DNA of 64,000 bases from Paraphysomonas bandaiensis (lineage: Eukaryota > Protista > Chrysophyceae), in contig CBFFRP010000429.1 in NCBI GenBank assembly GCA_965644295.1, forward strand, positions 1 through 64,000, written 5' to 3'. Below, piece by piece: positions 26,774-38,071 of this stretch. How positions within the stretch are numbered: the first letter of the stretch is position 1; every line of letters starts with the position of its first letter. Position numbers and translations under genes: made by a program. Below the pieces are notes generated by a model, which did no database searches, had not been told where the DNA came from, and saw only the letters and a list, made by a program, of their open reading frames with translations.

Positions 26774-29455
26774 TCAGAACTCATTGAAGATGCAATTGTC
26801 GCCTGTATATTTTTGGAACCTTAGGGATGGGATACAAGAACAACTATCCTCAGTGGGGTCCGGCGGAATATAGTCTGGTTCATAGGCCAACGATTCCACG
26901 GCTTCAGTGTCAAACATTGACAAAAATTCGTGGTCAAGTATAGCCAGCGGAGCGTTGGCACGAAACCCAAGGCGTCTAACAGAGTACGTCACGGGAGATA
27001 TATGACGCGGGTTTCATACATATTAATTGTTACTTACTCAGTAGGGTCACACCTCATAAGGGAGTGTATGAGATTGAGAGCAGGCATAGAGGGGTCATCT
27101 CGAGAAACACCAGCAGATATATCCATTCCATGCGTCTGTCAACATATCGTGTTACTACAATATCAATCGGAACTTACAACAGGGACGCGCTATTATGCCA
27201 CCTTCACACGAGATATATTCTTGAATATTTTATCCACATTATCCGGATCATCCTCATCAACAAATGGCGTATTCATAGCGAACATTTCAAACATCAATAT
27301 TCCTAGCGCCCACAAATCCACAGAGCGATCATTTCCCATTCCAAACACATTTTCGGGAGCCAAGTACTCTGTAAAACAAAGAAAGGTAAGAGTGTCAAAC
27401 TCGATACAATACTGTAGTTTCCAACTGCACCTGGAGTTCCACAGAGTGTGAACGTTTTGTATAAAAGTCTTTTCTCGCCCATGCAATCCACTTTTTCATA
27501 TGGTATTCGCTTCGCCAGACCTGCATACATAGTAGTCAGTAAAACTTCTATAGCAGTCATCTTAACCAAAGCAAAAAAGTTAACATGTGATTGAGATCTC
27601 ACCGAAGTCAACAAGGCGAAGATAGCCTTTCGAGTCAATCATGACATTCTCAGGCTTGAGATCTCTGTTCATATTAAAAAGAAATTAGATATTCATAGAT
27701 TTACAAGTTACTTTCAGCGCTATTAATAAAGTTTGAAGATGAACAGAACAAAACATATCCCAGCATGGTTTATGTACTCCATATCATAGGTATACACCTG
27801 AAGGATATATTTCTCTGGTGTATATGGTGGAGTGCGAGAACAATGCATGTCGTATAGAATTTAATCATATCCATTGGGAGACCCGCATCTTCATACTTTA
27901 CATTTTCATGAATTGAACTCCAGAGATCACCCCTGTCTACATACTCCATCACAAACGCAATGGCAGATTGTGTCTGGCAAGTCCCATGCAGTTTTACAAT
28001 AAAAGGTGAATTGAGTGATGCCAATAATATTCGTTCATCCCGTACGTGCCGGATCTGATTATCATTCGTAATTTCATATTTACTCATAAACTTTACGGCG
28101 TACAACTGATTCTCACATTCTCCCAGCACAACAGTTCCATACCCGCCTTTACCGAGTAGTTTCACAACAGATATTTCATCCGGGTCAAATGACTGCAGTT
28201 TCTTTGTAGGGAGAGGTGGTGGAGGCAGAATGGGTACATTAGAAGGTTCTGATGGACACAACATAGGGCCAAATAGGTGTTTAAAGGTCTCCACTGTAAA
28301 TGTCAAGCAGTCCACCTCTTGTTCTGCCACGATGCGCACGGGGCATACGACTTCATTCTGTGAGCTTGGCATATCTGCACACTTCCAGATACCGTTGTCC
28401 TGTCCGGATGACTGAACTTGCAGTATAGGAAGTCCAAATACACATCCTTCTACTAACGTTGACACAGGGTTGAGGAAGTTGGCCCCATCATCGTTTTCAC
28501 AAGCCGACGAGCACTCCGATAAAACTGGAAGAATATCATTCCTATTTCGTTGAGAAACACGTAAAGAGTCGCGAAGACGTGAATTGTTACGGAGTGTAGT
28601 AGCGTTCAAATGTGGCCTTACAATACCAAATAAACGATCTTTCTCATCTTCTTCTAGCATCGAAGCATCAGGCCCGTCGTACATCACAATCGCCGTCCCA
28701 CTTTCGATAAGAATAATTTTGTCATAGCAATGCCCGATCTGATAAATTACTTCTCCTGAATCGTAACTCTCAGGCTGCAAAGATTCTAGCAATCTAGACA
28801 TCTGTACTGGACGCAACAAACTCAATTCTGGACAGTTCATTAGCCACTGACTGCGTTGAAGGACAGATTTCGCAGTATCTGTCACTTTCATATGTTGGAT
28901 CTTGAGAAAAGTTGACTTGTCTAATACCCAGAAATCACAGTCAGTGATACAACGGACAGTCGCACTTCGAGGGGCATTATACAACAGTGCGAGCTCCCCA
29001 AAGAGTGTACCAGCGTATAATTTACGCTTGAATCTACCTTTTATATTAACAGACAATTCGCCCTTCTCGATAACGTAGACCTTGACACCGTCATCACCTT
29101 CAGAAATGACACAGTCACCTTTTCTGTGACTTTCTCGTTTTAATGCTTTCAAAAGAAGACTAAGTTGCTGTTCACGATGCAGCGACTCAAGTGATTCGAC
29201 AAAGAATATCCCTTTAAAGGCATCAACAGCGGCTCTGCGTGCCTGCAGCTCCTCTATAGGAAAATCATTCCAACTCTTCACCGCATCGAGCAGGTTACTC
29301 TCGGCATCATGATCAAGTATATCCACTACTAAATTTCTCCGTCTTGATTTGGTCTTATCGACCTTCATGCGGTTTCTCCTGCTCTTAGTGAGTGGAAGAT
29401 ATGATACAGACACGTCCTGTACATACTGCAGGTGCTTCATCGACCCATTGCCCAT
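26774..29455 (-). CDS. cGMP-dependent protein kinase-like (cNMP-binding domains + AGC kinase)
   Basis: MGNGS N-terminus, FGELALLYNAPRSATV phosphate-binding cassette and a second, degenerate CNB domain. Kinase motifs LGKGGYG, YAVK, FRDLKPEN, DFG, TLCGTP|EYLAPE, VDLWALG. Confidence 0.9.
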
Positions 29456-30095
29456 TATATCACCTATGAGGTGCGTGGGGATCACGAGGAGAGTCAGGAA
29501 TGAATTAACATGATATGATGACTGAGGAATGAGTCAGATGGATCTTCGAGAAGGGAGAGTTAAGTATAGGCACTGACCAGCTGTGCATAGACGAGGACAT
29601 GTCTGTGTATGCACACTCCGCCTGCATGCGCTGTACTGTACATACAGCAGTATCCCGACTTCCCTACATCATAATACATAGTTGTAGCATCAGTTTCCTT
29701 TATACGGTGTGGTGAAGTTGAATGATAAGGATACGCATATTGCACCATCCCAGAGCATCGTGAGGTATGAGTGGAAGCGGTGTTCCCATAGTCCCCTCAT
29801 ACAAACCAAGTACGTGACCACTGACCTACTCAACATCAATCACTGAATACAGTATGTAGTAGGGACTACAGTGGTGTCCAAAAATTGCTCGGGAATTCTC
29901 TCAGAGCAATTGGTTGGCTGTCAGTATACCACAGTATACAGTGACTACAATGGTATGTATGTGTATGTAGGAGCGGTATGGATGGCTGTGTGCGAGGAGG
30001 GTCATGCATGTACATGTACAGGCAACAGTCAGATACACATACATCAATAGATTCATAGTCGCTATTACTCACAGTATATACACTGAATATATTCA

Positions 30096-32542
30096 ATGAG
30101 TAATAACTTAAACGATAAGTTGAACCCCTCTAAGGGGGATGTCACAGAAACCATCCCTTTGAAGCTATGGATTGCTGCTCTTCTAACAGCGCTGCCGTCT
30201 TTTTTGTTTGGATATGTGTCAGCAGCTCTCAACTCATGCCTCTTAACGGTATATTAATAGCTATGGAATATCTTGTTGATATATAGAGTAGGGCGATGCT
30301 GATAGTGAAAGTAAGTGTTATTATGACAATGACGATGCCAATCCGGACTGTCCCCCCGGGACCGTATATAACGACATCAAGCTATCAACGAGTATGTAGT
30401 ATATTATACGTACATATCTTATTTGTGACATAAATTCAGCTGAGGCACAAATGGCCACGTCGCTAATGGTTGCTGGTGCATGGATAGGAAGTTTGTACGG
30501 GAACATACCTGCACAGGTCAGTCATGATTCATGTTGATGGCGAACCTTCTTAATTTGTGTTGCCAGAAATACGGACGAAAGTCTACAGTGCTGATGAACA
30601 ACATTTTATTCATAAGTGGGGCAATTATGTGCTGTGTTTCAAATAAATGGGTCCTGTATGTTGGAAGGTTTCTGGCCGGTATGAGTGTTTATTATGACAA
30701 TATCAGATTGCGTTACTTTGATTCCAATCAGGTGGTGGAGTAGGAATAGAAAGTGTGGTTGTGCCCGTACTGATGTCAGAGATATCCAGTGCAGAGCATC
30801 GTGGTGCTATCACAACCCTCCATCAATGGATGCTCACTCTGGGAATATTTGTCGCCGGACTTGTGGGATACGGTTTCGTGGAATACGTCAACCATGGTTG
30901 GGTTTATGTGCAGGCAGGCATAGCCATTCCTGCTATTATTAACCTCTTGGGTGCGGGACTTATGTACGAGTCTCCTAAGTGGTTAATATCAGAGAATAGG
31001 TGAACATTTTTTCGCAATTTTTCGAAACTATATGGTAATGGTGGCTTTAGAGTAAAAGAAGCGAAAGAAGTGATCACCGCCCTAAGACCAGCTGGTTATG
31101 ATACGGATGCCGAAGTCAGTTTTTACAGATATATATGTATATTTAACTGTGTATTTTGATTATACTTACTGTAAAATATTTCCTATTTCTACTTTTGGAT
31201 TGTGTATATCCTCATTAAATATTATATAGATGTCTGCTATCTCTGACGAAATCGCATTAGCGCCTGATGAAGAGACAACATGGGAGGAGGTTTTTGCCTG
31301 CCGTCACGCCGTTATAATTGGCTGTGGACTGATGCTCGCCATGGTATGAATTTGTGTTCCTTCTATATAATGCTAACGTACGTTAGGCAATAACTGGAAT
31401 CAACACTGTAATATTTTACTCAGCAACCATATTCGGTTTTGCTGGGTTCGATGATGCTATATTGGCAACTGCTGCTGTTGGAGGTACGTGGTAGTTTTCT
31501 TTGTAGAACTGCATTTTTGATAGTTGGCGTAGCTGTGAACTTTGTCGCAACTGGAGTTGCAACGTACTTAGGTTCGTGGAAAACTTAATTTTATGGTTAA
31601 CTTATTAAATCGGAATTCAGTGGATAAGATGGGGAGGAAACAGCTTCTAGTAATTGGGACTTCTATCATGTACGAAATCGATGTGTTTGTAAGCTGTCTG
31701 ATGTTCCACAGGGCTCTAGCTCTTGTCTGGCTTGGAGTTGTTTTACTTACAGCGAACTCAGTTCCATCGACTCAGGTTTAATATATATTGTTACATGAGC
31801 TCTTATTCTAAAAACAAATTTAGGGAGTCATTGCAGTCATAGCAGTTTTGCTATATGTGGTTGGCTTTGCGATTGGGATGGGCGCTGTTTCCTGGGTTGT
31901 TATGTCTGAAGTTATGACCACCCGGCTACGAAGCAAAGCATTCAGTTTATTTGTATCTATCAACTGGTACCAACTGTTGTCAGTGCAGTATTATTAGTAA
32001 TGCATTACCTCATGGTTAGGGGGGCAAACTTCCTGATTGGTCTTTTTACTTTATCTGCCATCGACGGTATGGGTGGAACTAAAGACAGCATGGATGACGA
32101 TGAGGTTGGCTAAAATCATGGTGCTACTATTGTATAGATTTGATTTGTTCTGTAGGTGGCAGATAGTCGAAAAGAAGGCGTTGCATATATGTATGTAATG
32201 TTTGCAGGAATATGCGTAGCAGTGCTTATTTTCATCTTCACATATGTGCCGGAAACAAAAGGTTGGGACTTGCACGCTATTTTTTTCTTGTCACAGCTGT
32301 TTTTCAGGGAAAACGCCGGATGATTTCATGACAGAAACAGAGCGCTTATCTCTGAAAGGGGAGGTATATACTGATACATCTCATATAATGTCATAGTAGT
32401 TATTCATGTTTGATAGGTTGTTCAGGAGGGGAAAACCGTTGAGAATCCTATGCAAGGAGATGTCCTGCATGCGATATCCGGCAGTCCTGCCCCATCCATG
32501 GATGCTACAGATGGAATACGCCGTTCCGAGGACGCTCTGTAA
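30096..32542 (+). CDS. MFS sugar porter (GLUT-like hexose transporter), many short introns
   Basis: FLFGY, KYGRK, GRFLAG, VPVLMSEIS..HRGAI..LHQ, YESPKWL, TGINTVIFYS, DKMGRK, GMGAVSWVVMSEV, VPETKGKT. Confidence 0.93.
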
Positions 32543-33145
32543 ATTGTATCTATGGTCGTATAAGACGAATACGGATAATAACTAAAGTCTATGGCCTCAC
32601 TGTGCCTGATATGTCCAAAGTTTTGATCGTTTTTTCCTGAACAGTGACAATTTTGTGGACACTAACTTGACCGATGTGTTAAAGCGTTAATATAAGACGT
32701 GGTTGTTGATAGTTATTTAAAGATAAAGATAACTATTCCTTCGTTTATAATTTATAGTTATAGCAGTACTTAAATATACTACGTGTTCCAACAGTCAATT
32801 CTCTTTGTTAACAAACAGTATAGAGTGAAAGTTCAAACAATATTTGACTCATAATTGTGACTTACGAGTGGATATAGTTATGTTTAACTACGGGTTAAAA
32901 GGGGGCTATCGTGTTGAGCTCTATATTTTATAACGAAGCCAAGTTTGAAAGTTTGGACAAGGGGTGATACGGTGATACTCATTTTCCCCAGCAGGTTAAA
33001 TGGTAGCTTCTCCTCATGATGATGTTAGAAGCCTAATACTTACTCTTTGTAGCTTGCAGTTGAAGAAAATACGTGTTCACTGAAACATATGAAGAACCAA
33101 TAGTATTGTTCCAAATTGATGGTATCTACATATCTACATTAATTT

Positions 33146-33250
33146 GTAGTGAACGTCTTATAATTAGCAATAGGCGTGTAAGAGTTAGCACTAATATAAT
33201 GTAGCAAAAAGTGAAGACTAGCGTATGACAATTATACTAGATTAACTTTT
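33146..33250 (-). mobile_element. Short 3'-terminal fragment of the same non-LTR family
   Basis: The reverse complement ttgctaca..attagt..actcttacacgcctattgctaattataagacgttcactac matches 50222-50294 and 33370-33405. Confidence 0.7.
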
Positions 33251-33369
33251 TAAAACAATAAATCCCCAAATTTCAATAATGGCTACAACAAAGAACAACG
33301 GTACATCTACCACAGAAGTATACTGAGCGAATAAAAACTGCGGGGTATTGGTGGTGATTATGAAAACTT

Positions 33370-35910
33370 GTAGTGAATGTCTGATTATTTAGCAATAGGC
33401 GTTGAGACCTTGCATCAATTAGTGGCTAGAAGAATGCTAGTCATACTAGTTAGACCACTACCCGTAACTAATCAATACAAACTCTTTTATCCTACTATTT
33501 AACGCTACGAAAGCTGCTTGTGCGTCGCCGCAAGCACCAAGGTGCAACCACTTCCGTTCTTTTTGTGTGATATGAAATTCGCCTTTATCGTGTGTCCGTG
33601 GACTCACCGGCGCTTTTGATCTGGGGGTCTCCCTTTGGGATGGGTCTCCATTGGTTTTGGAGGGGGCTCAGCATTCTGAATTAGGGTCCTGAGTGCACCT
33701 AGTTCCAGATGTGTGGGTTGGGAGTGGTGGGGATTGTTGGGAGGAGGAGTTGGGTTTGTAGTATGTGTTACTGTGCTCCTGTGGGGCCGCGGGTGTAGAT
33801 AGAGTTGTCGAAGCCGTCGGCGTTGTGGAGGTCTGGGCAGTCCAGTGCTCTGTCGGGTAGGACCTGTGAGGTGTGCACGTGTGTCTGGAGTCGGATACGC
33901 TGTGGGGGGTTTTCGTTGGACCCCTAGTAGTCGAAGGACTCTCGGACGTTGTCTTGACTGACTGCGTTTCGGACGGGGTCTCGGGAGTAGCCTGGGCGGC
34001 CTTTTGGACATGGTGATATAGCGACAACCGCGATCCTGTAACATAAGCTTCGCTGCAGTGTAAAGCGGTTGCAGGAGATTAATAACCACTGTTTCTAGGT
34101 TCCGTAGACTGTGAGCCGTCAGGTGGTTGTGTATGTCATCTCCGAAGACCGTTTCCAGTTGGGCTGCTGTGATGGTTCCAGTCCAGTATCTCTCGACCTG
34201 TGGGATGGAGGGATTCCAGGCTCTGCTGGAGAGTCTCCGTAGTGCAGATGTGATCCAGTTGGGTAAGGTCTGAGTTCTCTGTATTTCGTGTAGCACATTT
34301 TTATGCGATTGAAATGCAGTTTCCCTTATTTGGGTGATGGATTCATGTGTGCAGTCGAGGCACATATGTTTTAGGGAATCTAGTCGAAACCCGCAGTCAG
34401 AGCATGCGGCTTTGGTCAGGTCAAGCCCCTGTTTGGTTTTGGCCCGGTTCCTCCCTATGCAGAAAGATTTGTCCCATGTCAGTGCCGTGTTGAGAATTCT
34501 TTGGCGTAGATTTGAGCTGAGTTTGTCTTTGGATGCACTGCCATCCGCTTGAGCTAGTTTGCGCGGGAGGTGTACTCCGCTATTGGTCCAGTAGCCAGGC
34601 GCTCGATCAGGATTGTTTCCGTAGCGTTGATCTCTGGTTGAAGTGTAGTTCTCAAGTGTCCTTAGGTCGCAGAGATCTTGGAAATCAGTAAGGAGTGGGC
34701 TAGAGTAGTATGGCCGTCTTGTACTGTGCAAACGCCAGTGCCATAATCCAGCGGTTAGTAAGCGTTCAATGGCACTGTCAATCGCAATTGTACAGACAGT
34801 GTAGTTATTTTTTCCAAGGATGCGATCGACTTCATGCCAGTCTTCACCCGCGACTGCGTCCGCAATATAGATGCCCTTGTCCTCAAACGTCCACTCCGTT
34901 TCATCTGTGGTACGTCGTTCGGGATGGGACCTCACCCAGGTCACCTGTCTTTTGCAATCTCTACTGGCCGCGATGCTTTCGAGTATTACCCCTTTTGCAC
35001 GGTGACCGAGAGCTCTGCGTCTTGTGGAGAGTGCTTCCTCAGTACGGGTGCACACTGCCTGACAGTCTGTGTGGCTTCTTATGTGTTCGGGAATGCGTGT
35101 TGAGAGTATAAGCCCCATGGCTGTGCCTATGAGTTCATATGCGTATGAGTCCAAACCTGGCACATCACGAAAGGGTGTATCTAGTCGTAGTATTATGGTT
35201 GTACCATCTTCCCAGGCATTTTCTGGGGGTAAGTAGACGACCGCTGCACCTCCTCGGTGTGTCCATCGTGTTCGCGGATTGACATGAGTGAGGCGACGCG
35301 TGGAGAGCGCACTGGCTGTGTATGATCCATCTGTGAAGATTGCCTTGAAAGTATCTGGTTGGACGCTATTAAGGCCGAGTTCTTGTTTTAGATTGGTCAG
35401 CATGTGTTCATCCTGTGGTTCGGGGGGCTCAGGTTGCTGAAGGGTAAGGCCCAATTCCGTTCCCCATTCCCTGAGGCTGAGAACATAGTGGTGGTATTGG
35501 GGCTGTGGCTCTGTTGTCTGAGTGAGTAGAAAATGTGCTGCTTGACCTGCTTCTCCCCCGAGGGTTATTGCGCGCTGTAGAGATCCCCATTTTTGCTCCT
35601 GCGCCGAGTCTGAGAAACGTTTCATACCTAATCCGTTGTGCTTGAGTGAGAGGTAGATCAGTTCCGTGGGGTATCCAGGGCCTAGACTGAGGGCCTTTCT
35701 GTAGAGGGTTGCGCAAGCAGCGTCAATTTCTCTGTACCAGTGTAGCGGCCATGAAGCTTTGGTGGCTCTATAGAGCAAAGTCGGTATGATTTGGGTCTCG
35801 ATAACCATGACTTTACAGCCGGCTGAGGCCTGTTTAATCCCTAGGTGTGTGGTCACGACTTTCACTTGGCTTCTTGGTGTTATGGACATCAGCAACCCCT
35901 GCTAGGGCAA
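33370..35910 (-). mobile_element. 5'-truncated non-LTR retrotransposon (RT thumb - RNase H - zinc finger) with a 3' UTR of about 235 nt
   Basis: Intronless GC-richer 763-aa ORF. RT C-terminus IIPTLLY..PTELIYLSLKHNGLGM. RNase H IFTDGS..GGAAVV..AYELIG..HTDCQ..TWVRSH..GIYIADAVA. Zn finger CSDC..DSLKHMCLDC. The 3' UTR is repeated at three other sites in the window. Confidence 0.9.
33604..35895 (-). CDS. Truncated retrotransposon ORF2 (RT thumb, RNase H, CCHC-type Zn finger, basic Pro/Arg tail)
   Basis: ORF track 763 aa. The catalytic RT core and any N-terminal endonuclease are absent from the ORF. Confidence 0.85.
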   Translation of the reverse strand: MLMSITPRSQVKVVTTHLGIKQASAGCKVMVIETQIIPTLLYRATKASWPLHWYREIDAACATLYRKALSLGPGYPTELIYLSLKHNGLGMKRFSDSAQEQKWGSLQRAITLGGEAGQAAHFLLTQTTEPQPQYHHYVLSLREWGTELGLTLQQPEPPEPQDEHMLTNLKQELGLNSVQPDTFKAIFTDGSYTASALSTRRLTHVNPRTRWTHRGGAAVVYLPPENAWEDGTTIILRLDTPFRDVPGLDSYAYELIGTAMGLILSTRIPEHIRSHTDCQAVCTRTEEALSTRRRALGHRAKGVILESIAASRDCKRQVTWVRSHPERRTTDETEWTFEDKGIYIADAVAGEDWHEVDRILGKNNYTVCTIAIDSAIERLLTAGLWHWRLHSTRRPYYSSPLLTDFQDLCDLRTLENYTSTRDQRYGNNPDRAPGYWTNSGVHLPRKLAQADGSASKDKLSSNLRQRILNTALTWDKSFCIGRNRAKTKQGLDLTKAACSDCGFRLDSLKHMCLDCTHESITQIRETAFQSHKNVLHEIQRTQTLPNWITSALRRLSSRAWNPSIPQVERYWTGTITAAQLETVFGDDIHNHLTAHSLRNLETVVINLLQPLYTAAKLMLQDRGCRYITMSKRPPRLLPRPRPKRSQSRQRPRVLRLLGVQRKPPTAYPTPDTRAHLTGPTRQSTGLPRPPQRRRLRQLYLHPRPHRSTVTHTTNPTPPPNNPHHSQPTHLELGALRTLIQNAEPPPKPMETHPKGRPPDQKRR

Positions 35911-36774
35911 CTGATTTGAATGCAGTGTGTATGATATGACGCACACAATCCTGATAAGTTTGATGTGACTCAACCCTGAAAGACGCGGTGCCTCAGCTCC
36001 ACATCATCTTAAACATAGACGTGGCACTGCTCCTAGTCACCTTCAGCATTAGATGTGACATTCAAACTCTCCAGTAAATTATTGAAGTGTAATTTCGAAG
36101 TCCTGGTATTGTAGATATATCACTTGCACTGCCACGTTCTGGTCTTGTTCACCAGACGAAGGATGGTGTATAACTTGAAGTGTTTGATAATCTGCTTTTG
36201 AAAGCTTAATGATCATTGTGCTTTTCCTAAATTGTGAAATATAATCACTTCCAAATGACTGCGATTTCATAATTAAGATTTTAAGATGGTGGATAATGGA
36301 TAATTTCTGTTGAAAATGAATATTGAAGTCAAATATCTATATTTTGCCGGTCTGTTCAATCCAATTTTGGTGAATTCCATTCCCTTTTCTAACAAAGCAA
36401 CTGCAATTTTATTCCGTTCTTTGACGATTTTAAGCTTTAAACCTTTAATCATGTACTCTAACCTAGTCCTTATACACCCAGGTCTTAATATTGGAATCGC
36501 AAAATATACTTTTTTGGGTGCGTAGTGTTGGAGCCGTTGCCTCGTAATGAAAGCAATAGTGACTAAGCTAAAGCACAATCTCTAAAATTATTGCTTCTTC
36601 AATAGATGTGCAAGAGATTCCACAACTTTACAGAGTACAAAGTATCCTGTCCATACAAAACTATAGCAACGTAAAATAGTCACAATTACAAACAGCTAAA
36701 TTATCATATTTCGACGTATTACTTATCCAATTCGTACACACAACTCATATAATATTATATTTCTAAAAGAAATG

Positions 36775-37572
36775 TTAACTATCATCTATTAGGTCGATGT
36801 TATCATCTTCTCTGTCATTACTATTGTATACTGCAGACGCAGAGACTAAACCATCGCCACTTGATTGTACTTTGCGCACTTTAAACGGGGTATGAAGTAC
36901 CTGATATAGCCGCTTTGCTTTCTTATCTCCTATCCCTACATCATCTGTTTGAACATATTCCATGGCTCAAATTTTCATAACTGTACCTGGACAAAGTATC
37001 AATTGTTGTTCATCAGCTTTGCATATGCCCTGAAAGCTCCTAAATCCATCCAGCAGAGTTGCAACATCAGTCCGATTTAGTTGACGCACATTTCTTAAAA
37101 CTGAAGTTAATTTCGGTAAAAATTCAGATTCTACTCGCTGCTGGATTGAAGACGACGGTTTCGTTTCATATGCCTTCAGAGTCTCAATATATCGTCCTGC
37201 TTCTAGATCGGACCATGTCAAAAGAAGCGTAAACCGATTAGAAAAACACAGCTTGTTTAGCTCCAATAATGGTTTATCGCTATCCTCGACATCAACTTTA
37301 CATACGACAACACGCAGTCGATAGTCGCGTCCGACTTCTTTCATTCGTCTGTAGAGGTACTGCGGATGAACCAGATGATATCGTATGGATATATACAGAG
37401 CACATGTTGATGAGCCCATTACATAGTCAGGAACTATCGCTGCATTATACTGCCAGTGTACATTTCTTATGCACGACAGCACAGGATTGCCCTTCTGACT
37501 GGGCTTCACTTGAATGTAGTTGGAGTTAAAGGACGTGTTGCTCATAGCCGGGTCCTCCTGGAGACTCCCCAT
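36775..37572 (-). CDS. ERCC1: DNA excision repair protein ERCC1/Rad10, 2 exons
   Basis: SQKGNPVLSCIRNVHW..VPDYVMG..ALYISIRYHLVHPQY..LTWSDLEAGRYIETLK; HhH region LNRTDVATLL..LCPG|IGDKKAKRLY. Confidence 0.95.
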
Positions 37573-38071
37573 TATGATACTGATAACTACACGCAATCAC
37601 TCTGAGTATTATAATCTAGCTGTATGCTGATGGCTCTTGATGACATTGCTTCCATTAAGACACAGCAGTGTGGAAGTATGGAAATCGACGTATTGCTACA
37701 TATTTCCAAGTTTTCGGCAAGTGTATAGTTTTCGGGATATTTTCCCGGATTTTTATACGCATTTGTGTACGAATGTAGGGGAGATAAATCCTCGTCAATC
37801 TCATGTTCTGTGAAATCAAAGACTGAAAATCCGCAAAAGATCTTAGCCGATAGAATTGAAACCCTGCAAAAAACAGACATGAGGGTGACGTGATGATAGA
37901 AGTGCGCAGTGGAGTCTCCATAGTGTTTGTATACACTACAACTCACACTTGAGACGATCGGATTAAATCCAGTTACCATTTTTCATATATGCATATATCA
38001 GCCTGATAGGGATAATTTATCACGAGCAACTATTATAGTATTAGTGATGGCATCCAGTCAGTAGCTAAAGA

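Noticed and set aside
35910-36070. Possible RT catalytic motif (YV*DD) upstream of the retroelement ORF
   Set aside because: Interrupted by a stop and not supported by other RT motifs; the 5' boundary is left uncertain.
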